DNA of 64,000 nucleotides from an uncultured Bacteroidales bacterium (lineage in GTDB: Bacteria; Bacteroidota; Bacteroidia; Bacteroidales; UBA932), in assembly GCA_934726455.1 (NCBI GenBank), contig CAKVDS010000001.1, positions 79,452-143,451 of the forward strand. Reading direction: 5' to 3'. Of the stretch, positions 46,377 to 55,881 are shown one piece after another; position 1 is the stretch's first letter, and each line of letters opens with the position of its first letter. Made by a program: the position numbers and the translations under genes. The notes beneath the pieces were generated by a model. The model was given only the letters and a program-made list of their open reading frames with translations, ran no database searches and was not told where the DNA came from.

Positions 46377-48716
46377 TCACTCCTGGATTAAGGTCTTGAC
46401 AGGATTTCTGGTGGCGGCCTTCCAGCTCTGGCTTATGACGGAGAGAAGGGATGTGGCAAGCGTCATAAGCGCCGCCAGCACCATGGCCCACCACGGGAAG
46501 TCTATCTTGTTGTAGAAGTCCTGCAGGTATCTGTCGATCATCCTGAAAGAGATCGGGGTGGCGATTATGGCTGAGACAAGGCAGAGGATCATGAACGGCT
46601 TCACAAGGGTCCACATCGCCGTCCCCGTGTCTGCCCCGTACACTTTGCGGACCGCAATCTCCCGGCCTTGCTGCTCCGCGAAGTAGAGAGCCATGGCGAA
46701 GAGCCCCATGGATGAGATGAGAATGGCTATCACCATGAACGAAAGCACAAGCAGCATGGTGTTGCGTGTCCCTGTGAGACTTTCCTGCAGATTCTCATCG
46801 AGGTAGTACACCGGGAGGTCCATCGGGAGTCCTGTTTTCTCCTCGGCGAATTCTTTGCAGGCCCCTTTGACCGCGGCGAGCGCTTCTTTGCGGTCGCCGC
46901 TGATTCTGATGACCTGCGTGAATATATACGGATAGTCGTCGGGGATTATCATTATCGAGTTGTGCTCGTCCTCCATGGGTTTGAACAGGGCGTCGCGTGT
47001 GCGGAAGTCCTGAACTATGCCGCAGATTTCATACTCCGGTTTGGCTGCGCTTCCGCCGGCATACGGATGCTCTTCGCTGACCCCGAGTTCTCTTTTTGCC
47101 GTCTCGGTGAGGAGTATCTTCCCTGAAGAGAGGGCGCTGTACTGTTCGGTCAATCTGAAACCGAGTATCCTCAGTGAGGTGGTGTCAAGCTGACAGAGCC
47201 TCATCCAGCCGATCATCCGGCCATCTGCATCATGAAGTCCGTTGGCTCCGCAAACAAGAGGCGTGCTTATGCCAAGCCCTGCGTCTGTCACCTGAGGGAG
47301 GGCTTTGATGCGGGACTGGAGTTCCATCTGGACCGCCCTGTCGTATCCGAGCCGGTTGGATTTGATCTGTATGATATCTGCGGTCTTGTATCCTGTCGGA
47401 AGATCCGCGAGGTGCCGGATTTCTGCGGTCATGGTGATGGCCATGGCTATCAGGACGGTGCTGAATACTCCCTGGAGCACTATGAACACCTTGCTGAACA
47501 CCATCTTGCTTCTGAACCTGAACTCTCCCTTGACGACTGCGATCGGCTTGAACCTGGAAATCATTGCGGCCGGGATCATGGCCGAGATGACAGATACGGC
47601 AATGAGCGCGAGGGCTGCCCACAGTATCGTGACGGCGCTTACGGAAAACTGTATGTCGGAAGAGAGTATCCTGTCGAAGAACGGGCGGAAAATCCATGCC
47701 AGCATGCAGCCTGCGATGAAGCATCCCAAGGTGAATGAGAACGATTCCATGATGTACCTGCCGATGATGCGGGAGTCACTCTCGCCGAGCAGGCGCCTCG
47801 TGGCCATCTCCTTGGCCCGTTTCCCGGTCTGTGCGACCGTCAGGTTGATATAGTTGAATATTGCGCAGAAAAGCAGGACCAAGGCGATGGCAAGCAGGAT
47901 CTCAACCTGCTTCCTGTCACCTTTCCTCAGTGACCCCTGGGTCTCCAGATCGGAGAAGTAGATCTTGTCGAAGCGCGTGAGTGTAGCGCCCCAGAGGAAA
48001 CTTTTGCTGTCGCCATCTTTCTGGTAGAAATCCCAATACGATGCGAACTTGTCCAGCAGGGTCTCGCGGACTTTTTCCGGGTCGGCCCCTTTGTCGAGCA
48101 GGATGAGCGGGAGTGTCGAGCCGAAATTGTCCATTCTGGCAAGGGTCTTCTCCTGCCTTCTGATGCAGGTGAAGATGTCGTAGTGTGTGAACGGGTCCTT
48201 CGGCCCGAAATCCTGGACGGTGCCTATGATCGTGAGGGGTGAGCCGTTGACATCGATTGTCCTGCCCACCGGATTCTCGCTGCCGAACACCCTCTTGGCG
48301 AATGATTCGGACAGAATCGCCTCGTCCGTGTTCTTGAGGGCGTTGTCAGATGTGCAGCCTGTGAGGTGGTATTTCAAGAGCCTGAAGAAGTTGGTGTCTG
48401 CCGCGGCTTCCGTGGCCGGGAAGTAGTCTTCCCCTGATTTTATGTGGGAGTCACCGACATGGACGAGATTGGTCCACTCCTTTATCTCCGGGATTGACGG
48501 GAAGAACTCGTCCGCTGTGCCGAGGGTCATTCCGAAGAATTCTCCTGCGCCCACAGCATACAACTGTTTCGACAGGGGCTGTTTTGCGCCGACGTTGAAT
48601 TCCGTCCTGGCGTACGAGGACAGGAGTATGACGAAGCCGAGGGCCACAGAGAGCCCGAACACCTCTATGAAAGTATAGAGTTTGTTGCGCGAAAGGAATT
48701 TGAAAAACGAACGCAT
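46377..48716 (-). CDS. ABC transporter permease, MacB/FtsX-type (duplicated FtsX domains)
   Basis: N-terminal TM helix + large periplasmic domain + 3 TM helices, present twice. No ATPase partner lies adjacent. Start trimmed to MRSFFKFL. Confidence 0.8.
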   Translation of the reverse strand: MRSFFKFLSRNKLYTFIEVFGLSVALGFVILLSSYARTEFNVGAKQPLSKQLYAVGAGEFFGMTLGTADEFFPSIPEIKEWTNLVHVGDSHIKSGEDYFPATEAAADTNFFRLLKYHLTGCTSDNALKNTDEAILSESFAKRVFGSENPVGRTIDVNGSPLTIIGTVQDFGPKDPFTHYDIFTCIRRQEKTLARMDNFGSTLPLILLDKGADPEKVRETLLDKFASYWDFYQKDGDSKSFLWGATLTRFDKIYFSDLETQGSLRKGDRKQVEILLAIALVLLFCAIFNYINLTVAQTGKRAKEMATRRLLGESDSRIIGRYIMESFSFTLGCFIAGCMLAWIFRPFFDRILSSDIQFSVSAVTILWAALALIAVSVISAMIPAAMISRFKPIAVVKGEFRFRSKMVFSKVFIVLQGVFSTVLIAMAITMTAEIRHLADLPTGYKTADIIQIKSNRLGYDRAVQMELQSRIKALPQVTDAGLGISTPLVCGANGLHDADGRMIGWMRLCQLDTTSLRILGFRLTEQYSALSSGKILLTETAKRELGVSEEHPYAGGSAAKPEYEICGIVQDFRTRDALFKPMEDEHNSIMIIPDDYPYIFTQVIRISGDRKEALAAVKGACKEFAEEKTGLPMDLPVYYLDENLQESLTGTRNTMLLVLSFMVIAILISSMGLFAMALYFAEQQGREIAVRKVYGADTGTAMWTLVKPFMILCLVSAIIATPISFRMIDRYLQDFYNKIDFPWWAMVLAALMTLATSLLSVISQSWKAATRNPVKTLIQE

Positions 48717-48810
48717 AGTATCTTTTGTCCGTTTTTGGGAATGCTGAAACTGTGCCATGTGTATAATGCACTGTAAGGCAATGTGTTGTGTGGGAGGATT
48801 CGGTCGAGCA

Positions 48811-48849
48811 TGTAAAAAAACTTTACACTCGATGTAAAAGAATTTTACA
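48811..48849. promoter_or_regulatory. Two 17-nt palindromic boxes TGTAAA-N5-TTTACA upstream of the permease gene
   Basis: TGTAAAAAAACTTTACA at 48811-48827 and TGTAAAAGAATTTTACA at 48833-48849. Centre-to-centre spacing is 22 nt. Confidence 0.5.
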
Positions 48850-48984
48850 ATCACCAGGGCTTGGCAGCACAGCAAGCGCGAGGCGGAGGGGGGCCTGGCG
48901 ATACTTTTTTTTGTTGAGCCAAGGCGCCCTCTGCCCCGCGCTTCCAGACCGTGCCGTGCTTACTGCCGGGCATACCGCATGATA

Positions 48985-49012
48985 CCAAAAAAGGCCGGCT
49001 GGAAGCCGACCT
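48985..49012 (-). terminator. Terminator downstream of tRNA-His
   Basis: The minus strand reads GGTCGGCTTCCAGCCGGCC followed by TTTTTT. Confidence 0.65.
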
Positions 49013-49017
49013 CTTCG

Positions 49018-49091
49018 GGTGCGATGTGGGGCTCGAACCCACGACACCCAGAACCACAATCTGGTGCTCTACCAACTGAACTAATCGCACC
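49018..49091 (-). tRNA. tRNA-His (anticodon GUG) with encoded G-1
   Basis: The reverse complement reads GGTGCGATTAGTTCAGTTGGTAGAGCACCAGATTGTGGTTCTGGGTGTCGTGGGTTCGAGCCCCACATCGCACC. The extra 5' G pairs with C73. Confidence 0.88.
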
Positions 49092-49219
49092 GTGTCAATT
49101 GGATTGCAAAGGTGAGAATAATTTTTCAACTGTGCAAGAGTTCTCATTATATAAATACGGAAAATAAACCGGAAAAAACGATTATCTTTGCAAGATTAAA
49201 GTCAGATAGTACATACATT

Positions 49220-51001
49220 ATGGCTAAAGAGATAAAGTTTTCCCTTGTCTATAGGGATATGTGGCAGTCCTCGGGCAAATACCAGCCCCGTGTGGACCAG
49301 CTTGTCAGGGTGGCCCCGGCCATCATCGATATGGGATGCTTCGACCGTGTGGAGACCAACGGCGGTGCATTTGAGCAGGTGAACCTCCTCTATGGGGAGA
49401 ACCCTAATGTCTCTGTGCGCAAGTGGACGGCTCCGTTCCACAAGGCAGGCATCCAGACCCACATGTTGGAGCGTGGCCTCAACGGTTTGAGAATGAATCC
49501 TGTACCGGCCGATGTCCGTGAGTTGATGTTCAAGGTCAAGAAGGCTCAGGGTACCGACATTTCCCGCTCTTTCTGCGGTCTGAATGATCACCGCAACCTC
49601 AAACTTTCCGTTGAGTTCGCCAAGAAGGCCGGGATGATTTCCCAGGGCGCCCTGTCCATCACCCATTCTCCTGTACATACAGTGGAATATTATATGGGTG
49701 TCGTTGACCATCTGGTCGAGTACGGCACCGATGAGATCTGTCTTAAGGACATGGCTGGTGTCGGGCGTCCTACGTTCCTCGCCCGGTTGACTTCTGACAT
49801 CAAGAAAAAATACCCGAACATAAAACTCCAGTACCATGGACATTGCGGACCGGGTTTCTCTCCGGCTTCAATGCTTGAGGTCGCCCGTGCCGGCATTGAC
49901 TATATCGATGTTGCGGTTGAGCCTCTCGCCTGGGGCAAGGTTCACCCGGATGTCATCACCATCCAGCAGATGCTGCGTGCCGACGGCTTCATGGTCAAGG
50001 ACATCAACATGGATGCCTATATGGAGGTGCGCCGCCTGACTCAGGAGTTCATCGATGATTTCCTCGGCTACTGGATCAACCCGAGCAACGCCCTGATGAC
50101 CTCGCTCCTCGTGGGCTGCGGCCTGCCTGGCGGAATGATGGGCTCGATGATGGCCGATCTTAAAGGGTTCAAGGCCGCGATCAACGCCTCCGAGAGGGCC
50201 AACGGAAAGCCGGAAAGCAGTCTTGACACGCTGATGGTCAAGCTGTTCAACGAAGTCGAGTATGTATGGCCTCGTCTCGGATATCCTCCACTTGTGACTC
50301 CGTTCAGCCAGTATGTCAAGAACACCGCGCTGATGAATCTCCTCGCGCTCAGCCAGAACAAGCCTCGCTTCAGCACCATCGACAAGGATACATGGGGGAT
50401 GATTCTCGGCAGGATGGGTAAACTTCCGGGCAAGCTCGCCCCGGAGATCGTGGCCCTCGCCAAGGAGAAGGGCATGGAATTCTATACCGGCAACCCTCAG
50501 GACGAGTATCCTGATGAGCTTCCTAAGTTCCGCAAGATGATGAAAGAAGAAGGCTGGGACTGCGGTCAGGACGATGAGGAGCTTTTCGAACTTGCCATGC
50601 ACGAGCGCCAGTACCGCGACTACAGGAGCGGTGTCGCCAAGGAGCGGTTCACCAAGGAACTCAATGACCTCAAGGCCAAAGCCGGAGCTCCGATAGTCGT
50701 GAAGCGCGCTGTGGTCGAGATGCCGGAGTTTGACATCGACAGCTATGTGGCCAAGTATCCGAAGGCCACACCGCTGCAGGCTCCTGCCAAGGGCAAGATG
50801 CTCTGGCAGATTGATGTGGAAGATGCCTCTACGGCTCCTGTCGCCGGCACTGCCGTCAAGGCCGGCGAGCCTTGCGGCTATGTCCAGACATACTATGGCA
50901 TGGAGGAGATTGTGCCTGCTGTTGGTGGCCGGGTTGTCGCTGTCACGGCTCCTCAGGGCAAGGATGTCGTCAAGGGCGAGATTGTCGCTTTTGTCGAATA
51001 G
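49220..51001 (+). CDS. Oxaloacetate decarboxylase alpha / pyruvate carboxyltransferase (5S)-like protein with a degenerate biotinyl-type C-terminal domain
   Basis: TIM-barrel carboxyltransferase motifs (VYRDMWQS, KDMAGVG, QYHGHCG). The C-terminal barrel-sandwich domain has YYGMEE where EAMKME is expected. Start trimmed to MAKEIKF. Confidence 0.7.
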   Translation: MAKEIKFSLVYRDMWQSSGKYQPRVDQLVRVAPAIIDMGCFDRVETNGGAFEQVNLLYGENPNVSVRKWTAPFHKAGIQTHMLERGLNGLRMNPVPADVRELMFKVKKAQGTDISRSFCGLNDHRNLKLSVEFAKKAGMISQGALSITHSPVHTVEYYMGVVDHLVEYGTDEICLKDMAGVGRPTFLARLTSDIKKKYPNIKLQYHGHCGPGFSPASMLEVARAGIDYIDVAVEPLAWGKVHPDVITIQQMLRADGFMVKDINMDAYMEVRRLTQEFIDDFLGYWINPSNALMTSLLVGCGLPGGMMGSMMADLKGFKAAINASERANGKPESSLDTLMVKLFNEVEYVWPRLGYPPLVTPFSQYVKNTALMNLLALSQNKPRFSTIDKDTWGMILGRMGKLPGKLAPEIVALAKEKGMEFYTGNPQDEYPDELPKFRKMMKEEGWDCGQDDEELFELAMHERQYRDYRSGVAKERFTKELNDLKAKAGAPIVVKRAVVEMPEFDIDSYVAKYPKATPLQAPAKGKMLWQIDVEDASTAPVAGTAVKAGEPCGYVQTYYGMEEIVPAVGGRVVAVTAPQGKDVVKGEIVAFVE

Positions 51002-51024
51002 ATAATTGCAAGACATTGTTTTAT

Positions 51025-51057
51025 GGTCCGGTCTCCTGTCGGGGACCGGACCTTTTT
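51025..51057 (+). terminator. Rho-independent terminator
   Basis: GGTCCGGTC-loop-GACCGGACC followed by TTTTT. Confidence 0.75.
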
Positions 51058-51166
51058 GTGACAATTTGTCACGGTTGGGGGCTTGGCAAATGTTTTGATA
51101 TTTCTATCTGCGTCCTGCCTCAGGTGAGGCGGGAGAGTTTAAGTGAAATTAAAAAAACATTATATT

Positions 51167-53065
51167 ATGGGAAAGATTATAGGAATTGACCTCGGTACTA
51201 CGAACTCTTGCGTAGCCGTTATGGAAGGCAACCAGCCGACTGTAATCATCAACGATGAAGGTTCCCGCACCACTCCGTCAGTGGTAGCGTTTACAGAGAA
51301 TGGTGAGCGTAAGGTAGGCAACCCTGCCAAGCGTCAGGCTATCACCAACCCTAAGAACACCATATTCTCCATCAAGAGATTCATGGGTGAGACCTATGAT
51401 CAGGTAGGCAAGGAAATCGCCCGTGTGCCTTATTCAGTAGTGCGCGGTGAGAACAATACTCCGCGTGTTGACATCAACGGACATCTGTATTCTCCTCAGG
51501 AGATTTCTGCCATCATTCTTCAGAAGATGAAGAAGACGGCTGAGGATTACCTCCGTCAGGAAGTTACAGAGGCAGTCATTACTGTCCCGGCATACTTCTC
51601 AGACTCACAGCGTCAGGCCACCAAGGAGGCCGGCAAGATCGCGGGTCTTGATGTGAAACGTATCATCAACGAGCCTACGGCCGCTGCCCTCGCCTATGGT
51701 CTGGACAAGAAGAACAAAAACATGAAGGTCGCCGTGTATGACCTTGGTGGCGGTACATTCGATATCTCCATCCTTGAGTTGGGCGACGGCGTATTCGAAG
51801 TCAAGTCAACCAACGGTGATACCCACCTCGGAGGTGACGATTTCGATCAGGCCATCATAGACTGGCTCGCTTCCGAGTTCGCCAAAGAGAACTCCGGCAT
51901 GGACCTCAAGAAAGACCCTATGGCTCTCCAGAGACTTAAAGAGGCTGCGGAGAAAGCCAAGATAGAGCTTTCGAGCGCTGCGAGCGCAGAGATCAACCTG
52001 CCTTACATAACGGCTGTCGACGGTATGCCTAAGCACCTTGTCAAGACCCTCACCCGCGCCAAGTTCGAGGCTCTCTGCGATGATCTCTTCCAGAGGTCAA
52101 TCGAGCCTTGCCGCAAGGCCCTTGCAGATGCTCACCTGAGTGCTTCCGATATTGACGAAGTCCTGCTCGTCGGCGGTTCAACCCGTATCCCTAAAGTACA
52201 GGAACTTGTCAAGAACTTCTTCGGCAAGGAGCCTAACAAGAGCGTCAACCCGGATGAGGTTGTAGCCATCGGTGCAGCCATACAGGGCGGTGTGCTTGCA
52301 GGAGATGTCAAGGATGTCCTTCTGCTTGATGTGACCCCGCTGTCACTCGGTATCGAGACCCTCGGCGGCGTGATGACCAAGCTTATCGATGCCAACACCA
52401 CCATCCCTGTACACAAGGAGCAGGTGTTCAGCACAGCCGCAGACAACCAGCCTTCAGTTGAGGTTCGCGTCCTTCAGGGAGAGCGTCCTATGGCCAAGGA
52501 CAACAAGCAGATCGGTGTGTTCCACCTCGATGGCATAGCACCGGCTCCGCGTGGAATACCTCAGATCGAAGTTTCATTCGATATCGATACCAACGGTATC
52601 CTGAGCGTATCCGCAAAGGACAAGTCCACCGGCAAGGAGCAGCACATCCGTATTGAGGCTTCCAGCGGACTTAGCGAGGAGGAGATCAAAAGGATGCGTG
52701 ACGAGGCCAAGGCCAACGAGGCCGCAGACAAGGCTGAGAGGGAGAAGGCTGACAAGATCAACAGCGCTGATGCCATGGTCTTCCAGACTGAGAAGAACCT
52801 CAAGGAGTATGGTGACAAGATTCCTGCAGAGAAGAAATCTGCTATCGAGTCTGCCTGCGCGGGCTTGAAGAAGGCCGTAGAGGAGAAGAACATCGCTGAC
52901 ATCGACCGTTACAACTCTGAACTTGAGGCCGCATGGCATGCCGCTTCAGAAGATATGGCCAAGGCTGCTCAGGGCGGTGCTCAGGGTCCGCAGGGACCTC
53001 AGAACCCTCAGGGTCCGGAAGCTCCTCAGGACGGTCCTCAGCCTGACTTCAGCGAGAACAACTAA
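51167..53065 (+). CDS. dnaK: Molecular chaperone DnaK (Hsp70)
   Basis: [32 protein letters not shown]. Confidence 0.96.
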   Translation: MGKIIGIDLGTTNSCVAVMEGNQPTVIINDEGSRTTPSVVAFTENGERKVGNPAKRQAITNPKNTIFSIKRFMGETYDQVGKEIARVPYSVVRGENNTPRVDINGHLYSPQEISAIILQKMKKTAEDYLRQEVTEAVITVPAYFSDSQRQATKEAGKIAGLDVKRIINEPTAAALAYGLDKKNKNMKVAVYDLGGGTFDISILELGDGVFEVKSTNGDTHLGGDDFDQAIIDWLASEFAKENSGMDLKKDPMALQRLKEAAEKAKIELSSAASAEINLPYITAVDGMPKHLVKTLTRAKFEALCDDLFQRSIEPCRKALADAHLSASDIDEVLLVGGSTRIPKVQELVKNFFGKEPNKSVNPDEVVAIGAAIQGGVLAGDVKDVLLLDVTPLSLGIETLGGVMTKLIDANTTIPVHKEQVFSTAADNQPSVEVRVLQGERPMAKDNKQIGVFHLDGIAPAPRGIPQIEVSFDIDTNGILSVSAKDKSTGKEQHIRIEASSGLSEEEIKRMRDEAKANEAADKAEREKADKINSADAMVFQTEKNLKEYGDKIPAEKKSAIESACAGLKKAVEEKNIADIDRYNSELEAAWHAASEDMAKAAQGGAQGPQGPQNPQGPEAPQDGPQPDFSENN

Positions 53066-53106
53066 TATGCTTCGCGACGCTTTCCCGGCGTCTGGAGCTT
53101 AGGCGA

Positions 53107-53142
53107 AAGCCCGGAATGTCGAAAGACATCCCGGGCTTTTTT
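53107..53142 (+). terminator. dnaK terminator
   Basis: AAGCCCGG...CCGGGCTT stem followed by TTTTTT. Confidence 0.75.
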
Positions 53143-53171
53143 GTATGCCACTGGCTTTCTCCCTTGACACT

Positions 53172-53280
53172 AGGTGGGAGCCGTTTTTCTCGAACATGCT
53201 CCTACCTGAACACGAAAGTGGCATATATGTCCGTTATCTGTGCCAGGTGGGAGCGCATTTGTCAAAAACGGCTCCTACCT
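53172..53280. repeat. Two 36-nt palindromic units (AGGTGGGAGC-N16-GCTCCTACCT), period 73 nt, loops in mutually inverted orientation
   Basis: Units lie at 53172-53207 and 53245-53280, each followed by GAA. Loop 1 starts CGTTTTT and loop 2 ends AAAAACG. Confidence 0.85.
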
Positions 53281-53306
53281 GAATTATGGCAACGGTATCG
53301 TGTGGG

Positions 53307-53376
53307 TAGGCATCCGTGACAAGTATCCCCTGCTCAACACAAAAGTCTCGCAGGTGGCTACTGTCACGGATGCCTA
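53307..53376. repeat. 15-bp perfect inverted repeat TAGGCATCCGTGACA / TGTCACGGATGCCTA separated by 40 nt
   Basis: Read directly: arms at 53307-53321 and 53362-53376. Confidence 0.85.
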
Positions 53377-53422
53377 TAGCTGTCCTAAGGGACATGCCAT
53401 AATATGGGGATGGACTAAAATT

Positions 53423-54826
53423 CTAAAGCTCCTTGCGCCAGCGGGCGAGAGGAATGCCGAGTTGGCCGCGGTATTTGGCGATGGTGCGGCGTGCGACCTT
53501 GTAGCCGTGTTTGCCCATCTCGATGACGAGCTGCTCATCGGTGAGAGGCTTGCGCTTGTCTTCGGCGTCCACACATTCCTGCAGGACCTTTTTGAGCTCA
53601 CGCGTGGAGACTTCCTCTCCTTCTTTGTTCTCCATCCCCTCTGAGAAAAAGTATTTCAGCGGGAATATGCCGAAATGGGTCTCGATATATTTGCTGTTGA
53701 CTACTCTGGAAATGGTCGAGATGTCAAATCCCGTCTTCTCCGCAATGTCCTTGAGAACCATAGGCTTGAGCTTGGTCTCGTCGCCTGTCTCGAAAAAGTC
53801 GTGCTGATATTCGAGTATGGCCTCCATGGTGTGGCTGAGAGTGTTCTGACGCTGTTTCAACGCTTCCACGAACCACTTGGCCGAATCCAGTTTCTGGCGT
53901 ACAAAAGTCGCCGCCTCTTTCTGCGCCCTTTCGGACGAGCCTTTGGCAGAAAGCAACAGGTCGGCGTACTTGCGGTTGACCCTCAGTTCAGGCACAGAGA
54001 ACCTTGGCATAGAGAATGAAAGTTCTCCGCCATTGTCTTCCAAGACAAAGTCAGGAACTATCTGCTGAGCCTGGTCTTCGTACGTTTCTCCGGCCTCTCC
54101 TCCCGGTGACGGGTTGAGCCTGACGATCCTCGCCATGGCCTTTTTGAGAGCGTCCTCACTTATTCCGAGCTTGGCGGTGATTTTCTTGAAATGCTTGTTG
54201 GAGAACTCTGTAAAGCATTCGGTCAGAATATCGATGGCGTCCTTGACATCCTTGGTCTGCTTGCACGCGCGCAGCTGCAGCAGCAGACATTCCCTGAGAT
54301 CGCGGGCACCTACGCCCGTAGGCTCAAAATCCTGCACCACCTTGAGCATCTCCAGCACTTCCTTGGAATCCGTCTCGATGCCGGCGCGGAATGCCATGTC
54401 GTCCACCAGAGACTCGATGTCCCTGCGCAGATAGCCGTCCTCGTCGAGTGATCCTATGATGAAAGCCGCTATGTCGTATTGATGCTTTGTGAGGTTCCGG
54501 CAGCCCAGCTGGTCCATAAGTCCCTGCGTGAAGCTGTTGTGGACAGAGAAAGTGTTGTATTCAGGGCGCGGGTCCTTCCCCCAGTTGTTGACTTTCGTAC
54601 GGTAGGAAGGGATGTAGTCATCGTCTTTGAGCTCATCCAACGAGACGTCACGGATATCCTCAGGCTTGTCGGGATCCGGGCTGTCGTCAAGCACAGGGTT
54701 CTCCTCGATCTCGGTGCGGATGCGCTGCTCAAGATCCTGAATAGGAAGCTCGATGAGCTTGATGGTCTGGATCTGGAGAGGAGAAAGCTTCTGCGTCTGC
54801 TTTATTTCTAGGCCCTGCTTGATCAT
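53423..54826 (-). CDS. rpoN: RNA polymerase sigma-54 factor
   Basis: N-terminal LKQTQKLSPLQIQ region and C-terminal RpoN box ARRTIAKYR. Confidence 0.93.
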   Translation of the reverse strand: MIKQGLEIKQTQKLSPLQIQTIKLIELPIQDLEQRIRTEIEENPVLDDSPDPDKPEDIRDVSLDELKDDDYIPSYRTKVNNWGKDPRPEYNTFSVHNSFTQGLMDQLGCRNLTKHQYDIAAFIIGSLDEDGYLRRDIESLVDDMAFRAGIETDSKEVLEMLKVVQDFEPTGVGARDLRECLLLQLRACKQTKDVKDAIDILTECFTEFSNKHFKKITAKLGISEDALKKAMARIVRLNPSPGGEAGETYEDQAQQIVPDFVLEDNGGELSFSMPRFSVPELRVNRKYADLLLSAKGSSERAQKEAATFVRQKLDSAKWFVEALKQRQNTLSHTMEAILEYQHDFFETGDETKLKPMVLKDIAEKTGFDISTISRVVNSKYIETHFGIFPLKYFFSEGMENKEGEEVSTRELKKVLQECVDAEDKRKPLTDEQLVIEMGKHGYKVARRTIAKYRGQLGIPLARWRKEL

Positions 54827-55368
54827 CTGGCGTCTCCGGTATTGTCTGTTTCAAACTCTGCGCCGCCCATGTCAGGCCTGCCGAGAGAGGGGTACTGGAA
54901 CTTGTCCCTGACTATGAACGCGTCCGGAAATTCCGGTTTGAGCATGCGGATAAGCGCTTCAGCCTCCACCCTCGTCCGGAAATTTCCGACCGAGACTTTA
55001 TAGTTCGGCGCGGAAAACGACCTGTATACGGGGATTCTTGGATAGAGGGCATGAAATCTTGACATCACGGAGAGGGACTCTTCTCTGGCGGTCCTGCGGC
55101 TGTCCAGAAACAGCCTTATGCGGTAGCCGCTCACAGTCTTGGCGGCATTGGTCTCCGTGGCTGCCAGCAAGGCTCTGCGTACATCCGCGCTCTGCCGGAC
55201 CACGATGTCTTCTGGGAGCACCGAAAATATGTCCCTGCCGTGGAGGGTGGAGTCTATCTGGGCCTGCTGTCCGGCCTGCTCAGCCTCCTCTCCGAGAACG
55301 GCATTCTGCCCGGCCATCTCAAGAAGCGGCAGCAGGAAAAATGCGAATATGAGGACGAGTCTCTTCAT
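54823..55368 (-). CDS. SPOR-domain protein
   Basis: Signal peptide. C-terminal GYRIRLF...YKVSVGNFRTRVEAEALIRMLKPEFPDAFIV fits SPOR. Confidence 0.7.
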   Translation of the reverse strand: MKRLVLIFAFFLLPLLEMAGQNAVLGEEAEQAGQQAQIDSTLHGRDIFSVLPEDIVVRQSADVRRALLAATETNAAKTVSGYRIRLFLDSRRTAREESLSVMSRFHALYPRIPVYRSFSAPNYKVSVGNFRTRVEAEALIRMLKPEFPDAFIVRDKFQYPSLGRPDMGGAEFETDNTGDAR

Positions 55369-55369
55369 C

Positions 55370-55837
55370 TTAAATCTTGTCTATCAATTCCTTGAGAGGT
55401 ATGTCGTTGATTTCTATCATCTTTCCTACTCCTCCCCGGAGAGCCGGCCGCGCACTTATGGATAAAGTCATGTCCTGCATGTCAGCCTCATTGCTCATGA
55501 GTCTGAGCAGCTGGAAAGGGTTGAAGCCTTCGGCAAGTTTTCCCTTGACGGGGATGTCATATTGTTTTTCCGAGTGGCCTTCGACCATGAGCTGGTCTGC
55601 GCTCAGGTAAATCATGTCCTGCCCTTTCATTTTGATTGTGGCGTTGAGGTTGGTGACCTCGAACCCGACAGTTGGGTTGTGTATGCCTATTTCCACCAGT
55701 GCTGTGATCCCGGACAGTCCCTGAGGGGCTATGGACAAGATATTGAAAGAAGTCACGCTGATGTCTTTCACTTTGCTGCCGCAAGCGGTCAGCATAAGTG
55801 CGAAAATGGCAACAAATATGACTTTGAACCTCTCCAT
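55370..55837 (-). CDS. Lipoprotein, LEA_2 (NDR1/HIN1-like) fold candidate
   Basis: Lipobox MLTACG. Shows the VEIGIHNPTVGFEVTNLNATIKMKG pattern. Confidence 0.45.
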   Translation of the reverse strand: MERFKVIFVAIFALMLTACGSKVKDISVTSFNILSIAPQGLSGITALVEIGIHNPTVGFEVTNLNATIKMKGQDMIYLSADQLMVEGHSEKQYDIPVKGKLAEGFNPFQLLRLMSNEADMQDMTLSISARPALRGGVGKMIEINDIPLKELIDKI

Positions 55838-55881
55838 ACGAAATGCAAAGATAAGAAAAATCTATATCTTTGTTCCGGGAT

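Noticed and set aside
49868-51064. 398-aa ORF antisense to the carboxyltransferase gene
   Set aside because: It has no recognisable motif and overlaps a well-supported plus-strand CDS, so I treat it as an antisense open frame.
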